Assembly: GCA_965225855.1 (NCBI GenBank)
Contig: CBDDCK010000005.1
Span: forward strand, 960,001-1,024,000
From: Spirochaetia bacterium
GTDB lineage: Bacteria > Spirochaetota > Spirochaetia > SP-2023
DNA length: 64,000 nt
Reading direction: 5' to 3'
Shown here: positions 19,299-32,982 of the stretch, in pieces
Layout: each line of letters starts with the position of its first letter
Numbering within the stretch: position 1 is the first letter of the stretch
Made by a program: the position numbers and the translations under genes
Notes under the pieces: generated by a model
Told to the model about the DNA's origin: nothing
The model's input: the letters and a program-made list of their open reading frames with translations, nothing else
Databases searched by the model: none

Positions 19299-20519
19299 AT
19301 GAAAGTAATACTATTGATGGCCTTGTTTATTTCCTTAGCTTTTGGCTGTGCTAAAACAAAGGATAAAGAGCAAACTAAAGCGAATGACTTAGAATTTACT
19401 GTTTGGATTCCAGGCGATCGCGGTGAGTATGCGTTTTATTATGATATGTTTGAAAATTTTCAAAATTACAAAGAAAGTAAGGGTGAGAATTTTGCATACA
19501 CAATTGAGCAGCAACCATGGAGTGATTATTGGACAAAGTTGCCATTGGAAGTCAATAATGGCCGTGGGCCGGATATATTTCTTTCGCACATGGCTTATAT
19601 TAATATTCTCAAACCAATTGCTAAGGAGCTAGATTTTTCTGCAGAGACTTTGGCTAAATTCCATGTTACCGACCTCTTTATGGGGCCAAATAATAAGCCT
19701 TATTTTATCCCGACTTTATTTGTCAGTAAAATCATGTATGCCAATAAAGACCTTTATCCAGACTATCAAAACTATCCCAAAACGTGGGAAGAGCTTGAGC
19801 AAATAGCAGCTAGCTTAAACAATGAAGAAAAACGCATTAGTAGCTTTGATTACAGCTATCATATTATTTGGGACTTAGGCTATCAACACGGTTTTACCAT
19901 AACCGATACAGCAGGTAAAGCCCAGTTTGATGGTGCGCGTAAGGCATTGGAATATATTGCGCGTTGGGAAGATGCAGGGGTTTCCAGTATTCTTTCTTAT
20001 GGTAATGGTGATTCCGAAAAGTCTTTTTATGAAGGTACCAGTGCCATGATTTATGGTGAGCCTTGGATGGAATTTTGGGCACCTAATAAAATCAATTCCT
20101 TTGCCTTTCCTGTTCCCGGAGGGCAAACGCACAATGTAGCTGAACTTAGTTTTGGTATTAGCAAAAATGTCTCTGATGCGCAATTCAAAGTTCTCAATGA
20201 ATTTGTCGAGTTTATGTTGACTGATGAGAAAACCATTACTGCCATTGTAAAAGGAAACTCTGCTTTCCCAAATAATAAAAATATTCAAGTTGCTTATGAA
20301 CCGGGCACAGCTGGTGATGCGGTAACGAAAACATTCGAAGCAAATGATACCTTTTTGATCATTACTCCGAGCACTTTAGAGCGTGCGTATCGTACCATGA
20401 TGGGGAATTTCATTACCTCCAGAGATAGTGATGCGGTAATTGACGAAGCAGAGCTATCTTTGCAAAACCAAGAGTTTACACTGCTCAATCGTTTAGAAGA
20501 TACCTTCCGCGACCAATAA
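19299..20519 (+). CDS. Carbohydrate ABC transporter substrate-binding lipoprotein
   Basis: GGAGG RBS; lipobox LAFG-C; PWSDYWTKL..GRGPDIF; YPKTWEEL. Confidence 0.9.
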   Translation: MKVILLMALFISLAFGCAKTKDKEQTKANDLEFTVWIPGDRGEYAFYYDMFENFQNYKESKGENFAYTIEQQPWSDYWTKLPLEVNNGRGPDIFLSHMAYINILKPIAKELDFSAETLAKFHVTDLFMGPNNKPYFIPTLFVSKIMYANKDLYPDYQNYPKTWEELEQIAASLNNEEKRISSFDYSYHIIWDLGYQHGFTITDTAGKAQFDGARKALEYIARWEDAGVSSILSYGNGDSEKSFYEGTSAMIYGEPWMEFWAPNKINSFAFPVPGGQTHNVAELSFGISKNVSDAQFKVLNEFVEFMLTDEKTITAIVKGNSAFPNNKNIQVAYEPGTAGDAVTKTFEANDTFLIITPSTLERAYRTMMGNFITSRDSDAVIDEAELSLQNQEFTLLNRLEDTFRDQ

Positions 20520-20564
20520 AAATTCTTGAATCCAAAGGCGTAACTTATTGAATTGGCGTAATTA

Positions 20565-21446
20565 ATGAAGTTATATGAAAGATACCAGCAACGATTATTT
20601 GTTGCTGGTGCCGTATTATTAATGCTTTGTTTTTACGCAGTATTTTTTATGCTACCGTTATTTAGCAGTATTATCGGTAGCTTTTTTAATTGGAATCCGT
20701 TAGGTGGCGAGCGGGCTTTTATTGGTTGGCAAAATTACCAGCAAATGTTTCGTTCACCTGTATTTCTCGTTGCTTTGAAAAATACATTGTTTTTTACATT
20801 TTTTGCTGTAAGTGGCAAAACAATACTTGCGCTTTTTTTGGCTCTTGCGATCAACTCGCTGGGAAAAAGAGCTCAAAAGATATTTCGCAGTTTGTATTTT
20901 CTGCCGGTAATCATGCCAATTGTGGCTGTCTCCATTGTCTGGAAATGGTTTTATCATTCTAGGGTTGGATTGTTAAATTCGTTCTTACTTTGGTTGGGCT
21001 TGGGTGAACCGATTAACTGGCTTGGCCGGCCTGATTTAGTGCTTCCTGCTGTGATTGTAATGTCTATCTGGAAAGATATGGGCTATGCGTTGATCATTTT
21101 TATTGCAGCGTTACTCAATATACCTAGGGATTTATTTGAAGCAGCCCATATCGATGGGGTCAATGGTTGGCAGAAACTGCGTTTTATTATTTTGCCTTCA
21201 ATCCGCCCTACATTGATTTTTATTGTCATTACATCTTTGATTGGTGATTTTCAGTCTTTCGTGCAAATTTTTATCATGACGAAAGGAGGGCCTGGAAATT
21301 CTTCTAATGTAATTTCCTACTTAATTTATAATCAGGGTTTTGTCGATTATCGTTTTGGTTATGCTTCTGCCATATCCGTGGTATTATTTTTCATCATTAT
21401 GCTCATAACTTTCGTGCAATATCAAGTAATGACTAGGGAAAAGTGA
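20565..21446 (+). CDS. Carbohydrate ABC transporter permease
   Basis: FIGWQNY, EAAHIDG (EAA loop), GGP and FGYASA. Confidence 0.93.
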   Translation: MKLYERYQQRLFVAGAVLLMLCFYAVFFMLPLFSSIIGSFFNWNPLGGERAFIGWQNYQQMFRSPVFLVALKNTLFFTFFAVSGKTILALFLALAINSLGKRAQKIFRSLYFLPVIMPIVAVSIVWKWFYHSRVGLLNSFLLWLGLGEPINWLGRPDLVLPAVIVMSIWKDMGYALIIFIAALLNIPRDLFEAAHIDGVNGWQKLRFIILPSIRPTLIFIVITSLIGDFQSFVQIFIMTKGGPGNSSNVISYLIYNQGFVDYRFGYASAISVVLFFIIMLITFVQYQVMTREK

Positions 21447-22273
21447 TCATGAAGCAAAATTATATTGTAAAAGTATTGTTGTTTATCATTGTCTTATTGG
21501 GTGCGATTGTTATTTCTATACCATTTGTTTGGTTGATTGTTAGTACATTTAAAGATAATCAAGAAATTATTCGTTTCCCCCCGCAATTTTTCCCAGACAG
21601 CATCAATTGGGCAAACTATCAAGAGATTATCCAAAAATTTAACATTTTTCGCTATTTTTATAATTCTGTATTTTTATCTGTAACAAAAACAGGGATAGGA
21701 GTTTATATCAGCATATACTGTGGTTACACTTTAGCAAAGTTTCAGTTCTTTGGCAAAAAAATATTATTTAGCATCCTTTTATTTACCATGATGGTACCAT
21801 ATTTAATTATGGTAATACCTTTATATAATATGATCAATAGTTTTAATTTAATGGATAGCTATATGGGAGTTATGCTACCCACTATTTTATCGCCATTTGG
21901 TGTTTTTATGATGCGCCAGCATATACTAAATGGTGTACCCAATGAACTGTTAGAGAGTGCACGAATTGATGGTGCCAGCGAATTTTATATCTTTCACATA
22001 ATCGCTATACCGCTATGCCAAAATATGCTTTCCGCTCTAGGTATTTTTTTATTTTTATGGAATTGGGAAGACTTTCTTTGGCCTTATTTGGTGTTGTTAA
22101 CACAAAGTAAATTTCCCTTAGCTGTGGCCTTAAATTTGTTTAGCGGTCAAAATGTGGTAAACTATGGCCCTTTATTTGCAGCAACATTTGTAGCCATACT
22201 GCCCATTTTAATCGTTTATGCGTTTTTGCAAGGTCGCTTTGTCAATGGTATTGCCATGACAGGTATTAAATAA
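21443..22273 (+). CDS. Carbohydrate ABC transporter permease
   Basis: ELLESARIDGASE, WEDFLWP and C-terminal GIAMTGIK. Confidence 0.93.
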   Translation: MIMKQNYIVKVLLFIIVLLGAIVISIPFVWLIVSTFKDNQEIIRFPPQFFPDSINWANYQEIIQKFNIFRYFYNSVFLSVTKTGIGVYISIYCGYTLAKFQFFGKKILFSILLFTMMVPYLIMVIPLYNMINSFNLMDSYMGVMLPTILSPFGVFMMRQHILNGVPNELLESARIDGASEFYIFHIIAIPLCQNMLSALGIFLFLWNWEDFLWPYLVLLTQSKFPLAVALNLFSGQNVVNYGPLFAATFVAILPILIVYAFLQGRFVNGIAMTGIK

Positions 22274-23946
22274 TGTTTGACATAAATGAGATACCATTTT
22301 CTTATTTTGTTGTATCACATTATCCGGGCGAGGGTTTGTTTATACGCGATATACGCAATGGAGATATGGATACTGGCAAGATTTTCAAGCTAACTCCTTG
22401 TGATGAAGATGGTAAAGCGATTATATACCACTGTTTGATGAAAGCGCATTTGCTGCAAATTTTGAGTCAACAAAATGAGGTATTATTGGAATTTTGCTTT
22501 GCTGATGAGAATACTTTGCTTCTTGCTACAATGGCCCCGTGTGCTTTATGTAAATTTGAATTGTTATTGCAAAAATACGATCATATAAATCCTTTAAATA
22601 AAAATATGTATGAATTACATAGTTACTCACAACAAGTAAAAATGTTGCTTTGTGTACGTCAAGGAGAAATCAAAGCAATTTTACCATGGGAGCGCATTGG
22701 CAATAGCTCGGCGACATTGTTTTTAAAACATACAGATGGTAGAGCAGAATTGACAATGGAGTCTTATCTGACTGTAGCAAAGCAAAAAGAATATCCTAGT
22801 TTTGCCGTTTGTGTAGTGCAGGCAAAAAATTTTTATCAAGACTTCCAAAAGAAGCTACCAATTCTCTCGGATAATTTTAAAGATACATGGAATCAAGCTT
22901 GCTATATTTTATTTTCTTGTATCGTTCATCCAGAAGGCATGTTAAAAAAATATGCCATATATATGTCCAATAATTATATGACAAATATATGGAGTTGGGA
23001 TAATGCATTTACATCTTTGGGAATGTTGTTAGCGCAGCCGAAAATGGCTTATGAACAATTTACTTACTTTCATGAACTTCAAGATGAAAGCGGTATTTTT
23101 CCCGACTTTGTCAATAATAAATATACTTCGTTTGCCTGTTGCAAGCCCCCCATTCATGGTTTTATATATCAAATATTGATGAGGGAAAATAGCTATTTTA
23201 CGGATACGAATAGGCTAATAGAAGTTTATCAGATGCTCAAACATCTTGCTTCATACTGGGAAAACTATAGAAAGTCTGGCAATCTATATTTTTACAATCA
23301 TGGCAATGATTCGGGTTGGGACAATGCGACTATGTTTGCTCAAGGTTGTCCGCTAATCGGCCCCGATTTGGCAGCCCATTTAATTACCTTACATGATGCG
23401 TTAGCCGATATAGCGGCTAAATTACCCAAGAATCTCAAAGATTGCGATGGTGTGGGAATGCATCGCAATCGGGCAAAAGAAATTGCACGGAATTTGGTAG
23501 CAGAATTATGGAATGGTTGCTATTTTGTTGCTAAAAAAATTAATGGCGATTTTGTGGATATAAAATATTGTTTATTGCGTTTGTTACCATTAGTTGCTGC
23601 CAAATATTTGCCCACAGAAATTATTGATACTATGGTAGGAGATTTATGCGACCCTAGGCAATTTACAGATTTTGGTTTTGCTACAGAGCGGCTCGATAGC
23701 CCATTGTATGAATCCAATGGTTATTGGCGTGGCCCAATTTGGGCCCCCAGCACGTTGCTATTGGTTGAAGCTTTGCAACGGTGTGGCAATGCCCAATTGG
23801 CAAAATCGGCAGCAGAAAAGTTTTGCCAATTGTGTGAAGTGGGAGGTTTAGCTGAAAATTTTGATGCAGTAACAGGAAAAGGCTTAGGAGACTCTGCGTT
23901 TGCCTGGACCAGTAGTGTTTTTTTACATCTAGGAGCAAAGTTATAG
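22273..23946 (+). CDS. (alpha/alpha)6 glycoside hydrolase, MGH1/GH63-like or amylo-alpha-1,6-glucosidase-like
   Basis: WSWD, KPP, SGWDN, YWRGPIW, ENFD and FAWT motifs. Confidence 0.85.
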   Translation: MFDINEIPFSYFVVSHYPGEGLFIRDIRNGDMDTGKIFKLTPCDEDGKAIIYHCLMKAHLLQILSQQNEVLLEFCFADENTLLLATMAPCALCKFELLLQKYDHINPLNKNMYELHSYSQQVKMLLCVRQGEIKAILPWERIGNSSATLFLKHTDGRAELTMESYLTVAKQKEYPSFAVCVVQAKNFYQDFQKKLPILSDNFKDTWNQACYILFSCIVHPEGMLKKYAIYMSNNYMTNIWSWDNAFTSLGMLLAQPKMAYEQFTYFHELQDESGIFPDFVNNKYTSFACCKPPIHGFIYQILMRENSYFTDTNRLIEVYQMLKHLASYWENYRKSGNLYFYNHGNDSGWDNATMFAQGCPLIGPDLAAHLITLHDALADIAAKLPKNLKDCDGVGMHRNRAKEIARNLVAELWNGCYFVAKKINGDFVDIKYCLLRLLPLVAAKYLPTEIIDTMVGDLCDPRQFTDFGFATERLDSPLYESNGYWRGPIWAPSTLLLVEALQRCGNAQLAKSAAEKFCQLCEVGGLAENFDAVTGKGLGDSAFAWTSSVFLHLGAKL

Positions 23947-23995
23947 AAAAATTTTCCGTTTGTATTAGAATGCTATTAGTTGTTCAAAGTGAGAT

Positions 23996-24868
23996 ATGAA
24001 AAAATACTGTTATGATTTTATACTATTAGCGGTTGCGATGATTTGGGGTTCTGGATTTATTGCTGCTGATATTGCTGTTGAACATTGGCCACCCATATTT
24101 ATTACTGCAATGCGCTTTAGTATTGCAGCATTATTTTTTAGTATCATTAGTATCAAAAAACTTAAAGATATAGCCGTTTATCTATACCCCGGTTTCGTAA
24201 TTGGTTTTTTCTTGGCATTAGGGTTTATATTCCAAACGGTGGCTTTAAACTATACTACACCAGCGAAAAATGCTTTTTTGACTTCAACCAATGTGATCAT
24301 TACACCATTTCTATATTTTATTTTTAGCCGCAAAGCAGTAACGATAAAAAGCTTAATCGGTGCTACTTTAGCTCTCGTGGGAATTGGCATTTTAAATTTT
24401 GATGGGCAATCTTTATTGCTCAGCAATAAAGGTGATATTTTGACATTAATATGCGCCTTTTTTTTTGCGTTGCATATTTACTTTACAGGGTATTTTTTGC
24501 ACGAAAAAAATTGCAATTTGAACACGATTGTTTTGTTGCAATTTTTGGTTGCTGCCATAATTTCTTGGCTCGCTACCATATTTGTAGAAGGTTTATTTCT
24601 AAGCAATTTTAATTTTATCTCTGTGCCAAGTTACGCTGTGATATATTTAGGATTATTTTCCACTTTGCTATGTTTTTTCTTGCAAAACTTTGCCCAACGT
24701 AGAGTAAACCCAAATAAAACAGCCATTATTTTATCATTGGAGGCTTTATTTGGTAGTTTATTTTCTGTTCTCTTGCGTGGTGAAATACTCACAACAACTA
24801 TGCTCATTGGATTTAGTATCTTGTTTAGCGCAATTATGATCATCGAAGTAAAAATACCCAAAAAATAA
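23996..24868 (+). CDS. DMT/EamA family transporter
   Basis: IWGSGF, RF, GDILTL.CA, and about 10 transmembrane helices. Confidence 0.9.
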   Translation: MKKYCYDFILLAVAMIWGSGFIAADIAVEHWPPIFITAMRFSIAALFFSIISIKKLKDIAVYLYPGFVIGFFLALGFIFQTVALNYTTPAKNAFLTSTNVIITPFLYFIFSRKAVTIKSLIGATLALVGIGILNFDGQSLLLSNKGDILTLICAFFFALHIYFTGYFLHEKNCNLNTIVLLQFLVAAIISWLATIFVEGLFLSNFNFISVPSYAVIYLGLFSTLLCFFLQNFAQRRVNPNKTAIILSLEALFGSLFSVLLRGEILTTTMLIGFSILFSAIMIIEVKIPKK

Positions 24869-24890
24869 AAAGGATAACAAACATTTGTAA

Positions 24891-27992
<3,102 letters not shown>

Positions 27993-28028
27993 ATTACAGC
28001 GTATTCAGCTAATAGGAAATTTTAGGAT

Positions 28029-28613
28029 ATGGGCAATAAAGTGAAATTATTGATGATCGATCACTATGATTCTTTTACTTATAATTTATTAGCTTTAATT
28101 GAATTACAAGGGATCAAAGTCGATTTGATCAAAAATAATGAGTACCGAGCCATCACAGGTTATGATGCGCTGGTTTTTTCGCCAGGGCCTAGCAATCCTG
28201 TAAATGCAGGTATTTCGCTGCGTTATTTTGATGAATGGGCAGGCAAATTGCCCATTTTTGGTGTGTGTCTAGGTATGCAAATTATGGCATATAAGCTAGC
28301 AGAACATGGGCTTGCAGGATATAAAGTGCACGCGGCTGTGAGTATTCAACATGGAAAAACCGATGAGTTAAAAGTGCAATTGGATTCGCAACTATTTGCT
28401 GGGATTCCCAAACAAGGGGCTAAGGTGGTGCGCTATCATTCGCTGGCTATCGCTGCGCCCGAAGAGCAAATTAGCTCTCGTGCACAAAGCGATAATGAAG
28501 TGATGAGCTTAGAAATCCCACAATGGAAATTATATGGGGTTCAGTTCCACCCTGAATCTATCCTTAGTGAATATGGGGCTGAAATAATACAAAATTTTAT
28601 TTCTCTATTGTGA
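28029..28613 (+). CDS. Glutamine amidotransferase, anthranilate/aminodeoxychorismate synthase component II (TrpG/PabA)
   Basis: IDHYDSFTYNL, SPGP, GVCLGMQ, RYHSL and GVQFHPES. Confidence 0.92.
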   Translation: MGNKVKLLMIDHYDSFTYNLLALIELQGIKVDLIKNNEYRAITGYDALVFSPGPSNPVNAGISLRYFDEWAGKLPIFGVCLGMQIMAYKLAEHGLAGYKVHAAVSIQHGKTDELKVQLDSQLFAGIPKQGAKVVRYHSLAIAAPEEQISSRAQSDNEVMSLEIPQWKLYGVQFHPESILSEYGAEIIQNFISLL

Positions 28614-28648
28614 AGCCATATTTTTCTAAATTTTAAAGAGAACCAAAA

Positions 28649-28946
28649 ATGAAACCAATTATCATCAAGTTTTACAAGAATGGAAGTTTTACAAATAAAC
28701 AAAAGCCAAACAAAACATTTATTGAAATTTTCTATCTCGGATACCGGTTGTGGTATATCAAAAAATAAACACAAATTGATATTTGAGCGATTTTTTCGGG
28801 TAGATTATGACCGCAACCAAAAAATAGGTGGTAGTGGCCTAGGGCTAGCTATCTCAAAAAAATCTTATAGAATTGGTGGCAAAATTATGGGCCGAAGGGG
28901 AGCTAAATTATGTTTTGTTCTACTTTGCATGAGGTATATAGTTTGA
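28649..28946 (+). pseudogene. Remnant of a histidine kinase HATPase_c domain
   Basis: ISDTGCGI, IFERFFRVD and GGSGLGLAISK (G1/F/G2 boxes), with no H-box or sensor domain. Confidence 0.75.
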
Positions 28947-28991
28947 GTAAAATTTCTTAAAGATTTGTCCTGCTTAGCCGAGTATTATGCA

Positions 28992-29849
28992 GTGAAATTG
29001 AAAATATTAATTACCAATGACGATGGTTTTGGCCATCAAGGTCATCAAAGCCTAAAAAAAATGCTCCAAGATTTAGGCCATGAAGTTTGGAGTATTGCAC
29101 CGCAAGAAAATCAAAGTGGCGTTGGAATGAAATTCACCTTGGGCAAAAGCCTAGAATTTAAGCAGCTGGATTCACATAGCTGGGCATGCTCGGGAACGCC
29201 TGTTGATTGTGTGCTATTTGCCCTACATGGTTTTTTATCTTTTCGCCCCGATGCGGTTATTTCTGGGATCAACGGCGGGGCGAATCTAAGTGATGATCTT
29301 TGGTATTCCGGTACAGCTGCTGCTGCGCGGGAAGCATCGAGATGGGGGCTGCCGGCTTTAGCTCTGTCTTACGATAGCTTACCTCCTTATAGCGAGAATG
29401 ACTTTGTTTTTTTTGGTTCTTTGTTTCAGCAGCATCTTAGAGATTTGTTGCAAGCCTGTGAGCTAAACGATGAAGGAGCAGGACAAAATCTTTCAGGCTT
29501 TTTAAATATCAATATCCCGCCTAATTGTAATGGAGGGGTTAATTTTGCCAATTCTTTTGCACTGCGGCCATACCATAATGTATTGCAAAAAACCGGTGAG
29601 GATTGCTATGTTTTAAATAGCCGTATTGATGAACAGCAAAAATATCCATCTTATGTGGATACAGCTATCAATAAAGCGGGGCATGTTAGTATCAGTTTGG
29701 GGGCTTTCCATAGCCTACAACCATTGCAGCTAGCTCCAGAGTTGTACAAAGAGGAAAATAATTTCTCACAAAATTTTCAGTTAGCTTCTACCAAAGAAGC
29801 GGTTGAGGCGATGAATCGTATAGCTCAAGTTGGTATTGGTTTTGCATAA
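28992..29849 (+). CDS. surE: 5'/3'-nucleotidase SurE
   Basis: ILITNDDG, AP..NQSG, GTPVDCV, SGIN.GAN and YSGT. Confidence 0.93.
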   Translation: MKLKILITNDDGFGHQGHQSLKKMLQDLGHEVWSIAPQENQSGVGMKFTLGKSLEFKQLDSHSWACSGTPVDCVLFALHGFLSFRPDAVISGINGGANLSDDLWYSGTAAAAREASRWGLPALALSYDSLPPYSENDFVFFGSLFQQHLRDLLQACELNDEGAGQNLSGFLNINIPPNCNGGVNFANSFALRPYHNVLQKTGEDCYVLNSRIDEQQKYPSYVDTAINKAGHVSISLGAFHSLQPLQLAPELYKEENNFSQNFQLASTKEAVEAMNRIAQVGIGFA

Positions 29850-30039
29850 AATTATGCTCTGTAAAAATATAATATTAAATTTTTTGGGTATTAGAATTTA
29901 GTACCATATTTGTTTTTATGGACTTTGTCAAATAGAAGAAAATGCTGCTCTTTACTCTTGGCTATTGCTTTTTTGTACACTATTTTTATTGTTTGGCTAT
30001 TATTCCAGCAGATAAAACCGGGGATTGTAAAGGAGTTGT

Positions 30040-32157
30040 ATGAGCCCAGTCTTGCCCAAAACCGTTTTCGTTAGGCCATTTGTTACGCAACTATCTTTAG
30101 TTATTGGTTTTTCGTTGTTTAGTTATTTTGTTTTACAGCAGTTTTTATTTGCCCAAGCAGATGTGGATATGGGCCAAATAGAATATAATCTTATTCAAGC
30201 TAAAGAAAATTTTCGGATTGGTGTCAATGCTTTTAACTACGGTTTTTACAATCGTGCGATTGTTGCTTTAGAACACTCTTTATCTTTAAATCCAGAAAGT
30301 TCTGGTGCCATATTTTGGTTAGGGCGCAGCTATTATGCCAATGGTTATGTGCGCTTGGGGTTAGAGCAATGGAAGAGTTTGATTGATGAGAATCAAGCAA
30401 CTTCCAGTCTCCGCAGCTTTTATGACACATTGGATTACCGTTATCGTTTAGTTTCTAGGCGCAGCTCTGTTGATGAATATTCATTGTTTATGAAGTTACA
30501 ATCGCGCAAACGCGGGACCAAACGCAATATGTATTTTATTGGACCGACTTCGGCTCGCGCATCTTTGGACAGGGATAAAATTTATATTGTCGATTATCGA
30601 GACAGCAAAGTGGTTGCAGTAGATGCCAGTGGTGCAACAAAATTTTTATTTCGCGGCTCTATTCAAAAAGTTTATGACCGCCCTTTTGATATTTTATTGC
30701 GGCCTAAAGGTCAAGGTTTTATTTTGAGTCAAGAGGGTTCTCATTCATTATTATTTTGTGATGAGAATGGATTTCCATTTAAAGAAGTTGGTGAAAAAGG
30801 TAATGGTTTTGGCCAATTTTTGGGGCCACAGCACCTCACAGATTCTGGGGACGGCTATTTTTATGTTACTGATTGGGGCAATCGGCGTATTGTAAAATTA
30901 GATTACAATGGCAATTTTATTTTTACCTTCGGTTCGGCTAACGAGAGATTTTTGGGTTTAGAAGGGCCTACAGGTATAATGATCCGGAATAATAAGATGT
31001 ATGTTGCCGATACGTTGCAACAGAAAATCTTTATTTTTAATCAGGAAGGAATTTATCTCGAGACTTTTATTAATTCTGGGTTAAAGTCTCCGGAATCCCT
31101 CCAGCTGACAAAAGAAGGAAATATGCTTATTGCTGATGGCAATGAAATCAAGTTGTATGACTTTAATGAAAACAAACTGAAAACGATTTATACTTCAGAA
31201 AAAAACCGTAGGTATGTAGATATTGGTTATGACCGAAATTTGAATATTATTGCGGTAGATTTTGATAACCAAAGAATTGATTTTATTACCCCCATCAACA
31301 ATTTGTATACGGATATGTTTGTTCAGATAAACCGAGTGCTTACTTCCCAATATCCTAAGGTTGATATAGACTTGCTAGTGCAAGACCGAGAAGGTAACCC
31401 AATTGTGGGTTTAAGTAAAGAGAATTTTCAAGTTATCGAGAGCAATAAAAGGCAGAATTCGGATTTAATATATACCAGCGTCAATGACCAATCTGTTGCG
31501 ATTGCGATTATTTTGGGCAGCAACCTGGGCTTCCATCATGATGCCATTCGCGAAGTTGCAAACAACGTTATCCAGCGAAATGGAGAGGCCCGAGATGATA
31601 GTTTTGTGCTGGTGCAGGGTGGTAAAATTCCCCGTATATTGAGTACTTCTATTGCAGATTTGGCTGAAAACTTTACTGATTATATAGGGCTAGAACCGAA
31701 TGGTTCACCAGAGGCAAATTTTGATATTTCTTTGCGCTTCGCTTTGGATAGCTTGGTGCAATCACGCCAAAGGAAGGTGATTGTATTTTTCTCTGGTGAT
31801 ACCGACAAAATTGCAACAGAGACTTATAATATATCGGACTTAAAGAGCTATCTGCAATTGGAAAATGCCAATATGTATAGCGTGCTTTCTAAGGGCAATA
31901 AGGTTATCTCGTATTTAGTGGATAATACCAATGGTCGGGTTTATAACAATTCTAGTGTGCGCAATTTTGATACAGACCTGCAAGAAAATCGTGATGCATT
32001 GACGGGCCATTATACTTTGAGTTTCCGTTCCATTGCCTATACGGATTTAGCAAGACGCTACCTACCCATAGAGGTATTAGTGCGCTATGTTCGCCGTAGT
32101 GGTAAAGATGAGCTTGGCTATTTTGCGCCTCTATCTTCTATCAATGCAAATCGCTAG
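30040..32157 (+). CDS. Exported TPR + NHL beta-propeller + VWA-like protein
   Basis: Signal-like N-terminus, TPR helices, GQFLGPQ..YVTDWGNRRI and YVADT repeats, then V.VQDREGNPIVGL..ENF. Confidence 0.8.
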   Translation: MSPVLPKTVFVRPFVTQLSLVIGFSLFSYFVLQQFLFAQADVDMGQIEYNLIQAKENFRIGVNAFNYGFYNRAIVALEHSLSLNPESSGAIFWLGRSYYANGYVRLGLEQWKSLIDENQATSSLRSFYDTLDYRYRLVSRRSSVDEYSLFMKLQSRKRGTKRNMYFIGPTSARASLDRDKIYIVDYRDSKVVAVDASGATKFLFRGSIQKVYDRPFDILLRPKGQGFILSQEGSHSLLFCDENGFPFKEVGEKGNGFGQFLGPQHLTDSGDGYFYVTDWGNRRIVKLDYNGNFIFTFGSANERFLGLEGPTGIMIRNNKMYVADTLQQKIFIFNQEGIYLETFINSGLKSPESLQLTKEGNMLIADGNEIKLYDFNENKLKTIYTSEKNRRYVDIGYDRNLNIIAVDFDNQRIDFITPINNLYTDMFVQINRVLTSQYPKVDIDLLVQDREGNPIVGLSKENFQVIESNKRQNSDLIYTSVNDQSVAIAIILGSNLGFHHDAIREVANNVIQRNGEARDDSFVLVQGGKIPRILSTSIADLAENFTDYIGLEPNGSPEANFDISLRFALDSLVQSRQRKVIVFFSGDTDKIATETYNISDLKSYLQLENANMYSVLSKGNKVISYLVDNTNGRVYNNSSVRNFDTDLQENRDALTGHYTLSFRSIAYTDLARRYLPIEVLVRYVRRSGKDELGYFAPLSSINANR

Positions 32158-32982
32158 GCGATCTTTTTTACTCTTTATTTTCTATAGTACTTTTCGTATA
32201 CCGCTATGCTTGGGTGCTAAAGAAATCAACAACCATCGTTGGCGTTATTCTTTGAATATTCTAGCGATTTGGTTGTCAGCAAAAGGCAATGATAGCAGCA
32301 GGTACCAAGTATTCCGCGCAGCGCAGCCAAGATAGCCGTTTAAGTGTGGCTGTACAGGCTTGGGAACGCCGTGAAGTAGCCCAACTAACGGCTATGTATA
32401 CTAGCCATTTGTTGCAGCTGGAAGGCATTGGAAGTTGTTAGTCGCTATGAGCACATGAGCTATGAAGCACTGCTGGCCCGTATAGAGCCCACTCACCTGA
32501 AGTACCGTTGCCTGCCGATGACAACGATGTTATAATAACGCCGATAGAGGCATAAAGCGCATTGGTGCAAGCAGACCACCAATCCAATGGTAACATACCT
32601 CAATTAAAGGTCTACTTGAAAAACTCGGAACAGGCTACTAGCGGTATCGATGGCCCGCTTGGGGCAAACAAAAGCCCTAATCAAATCGAGCATAGCAGCG
32701 AAGGCCAAGATAATATCCCTAGTGGGGTGTACAACCAAGACCAGCCAGCCTATAATGCCGTAACCTATGCTTTTTATTTTTTATGGGGTTCATTATGTCC
32801 TACCGAGTTACGAGCACGGCACCGCTAGATGCCAGCCCATTATGTGGTTTCAGAACCGTTACCTAATGGGAGACTTGCGCTGAACGCACCTATATTGGCT
32901 GGACGCTCGCTACCTTGCATGACTTAAAAAGTTGGTTCCCTTTACACTTTCCTCGCTATACTCACGCTAACTTTTTCCCTAA

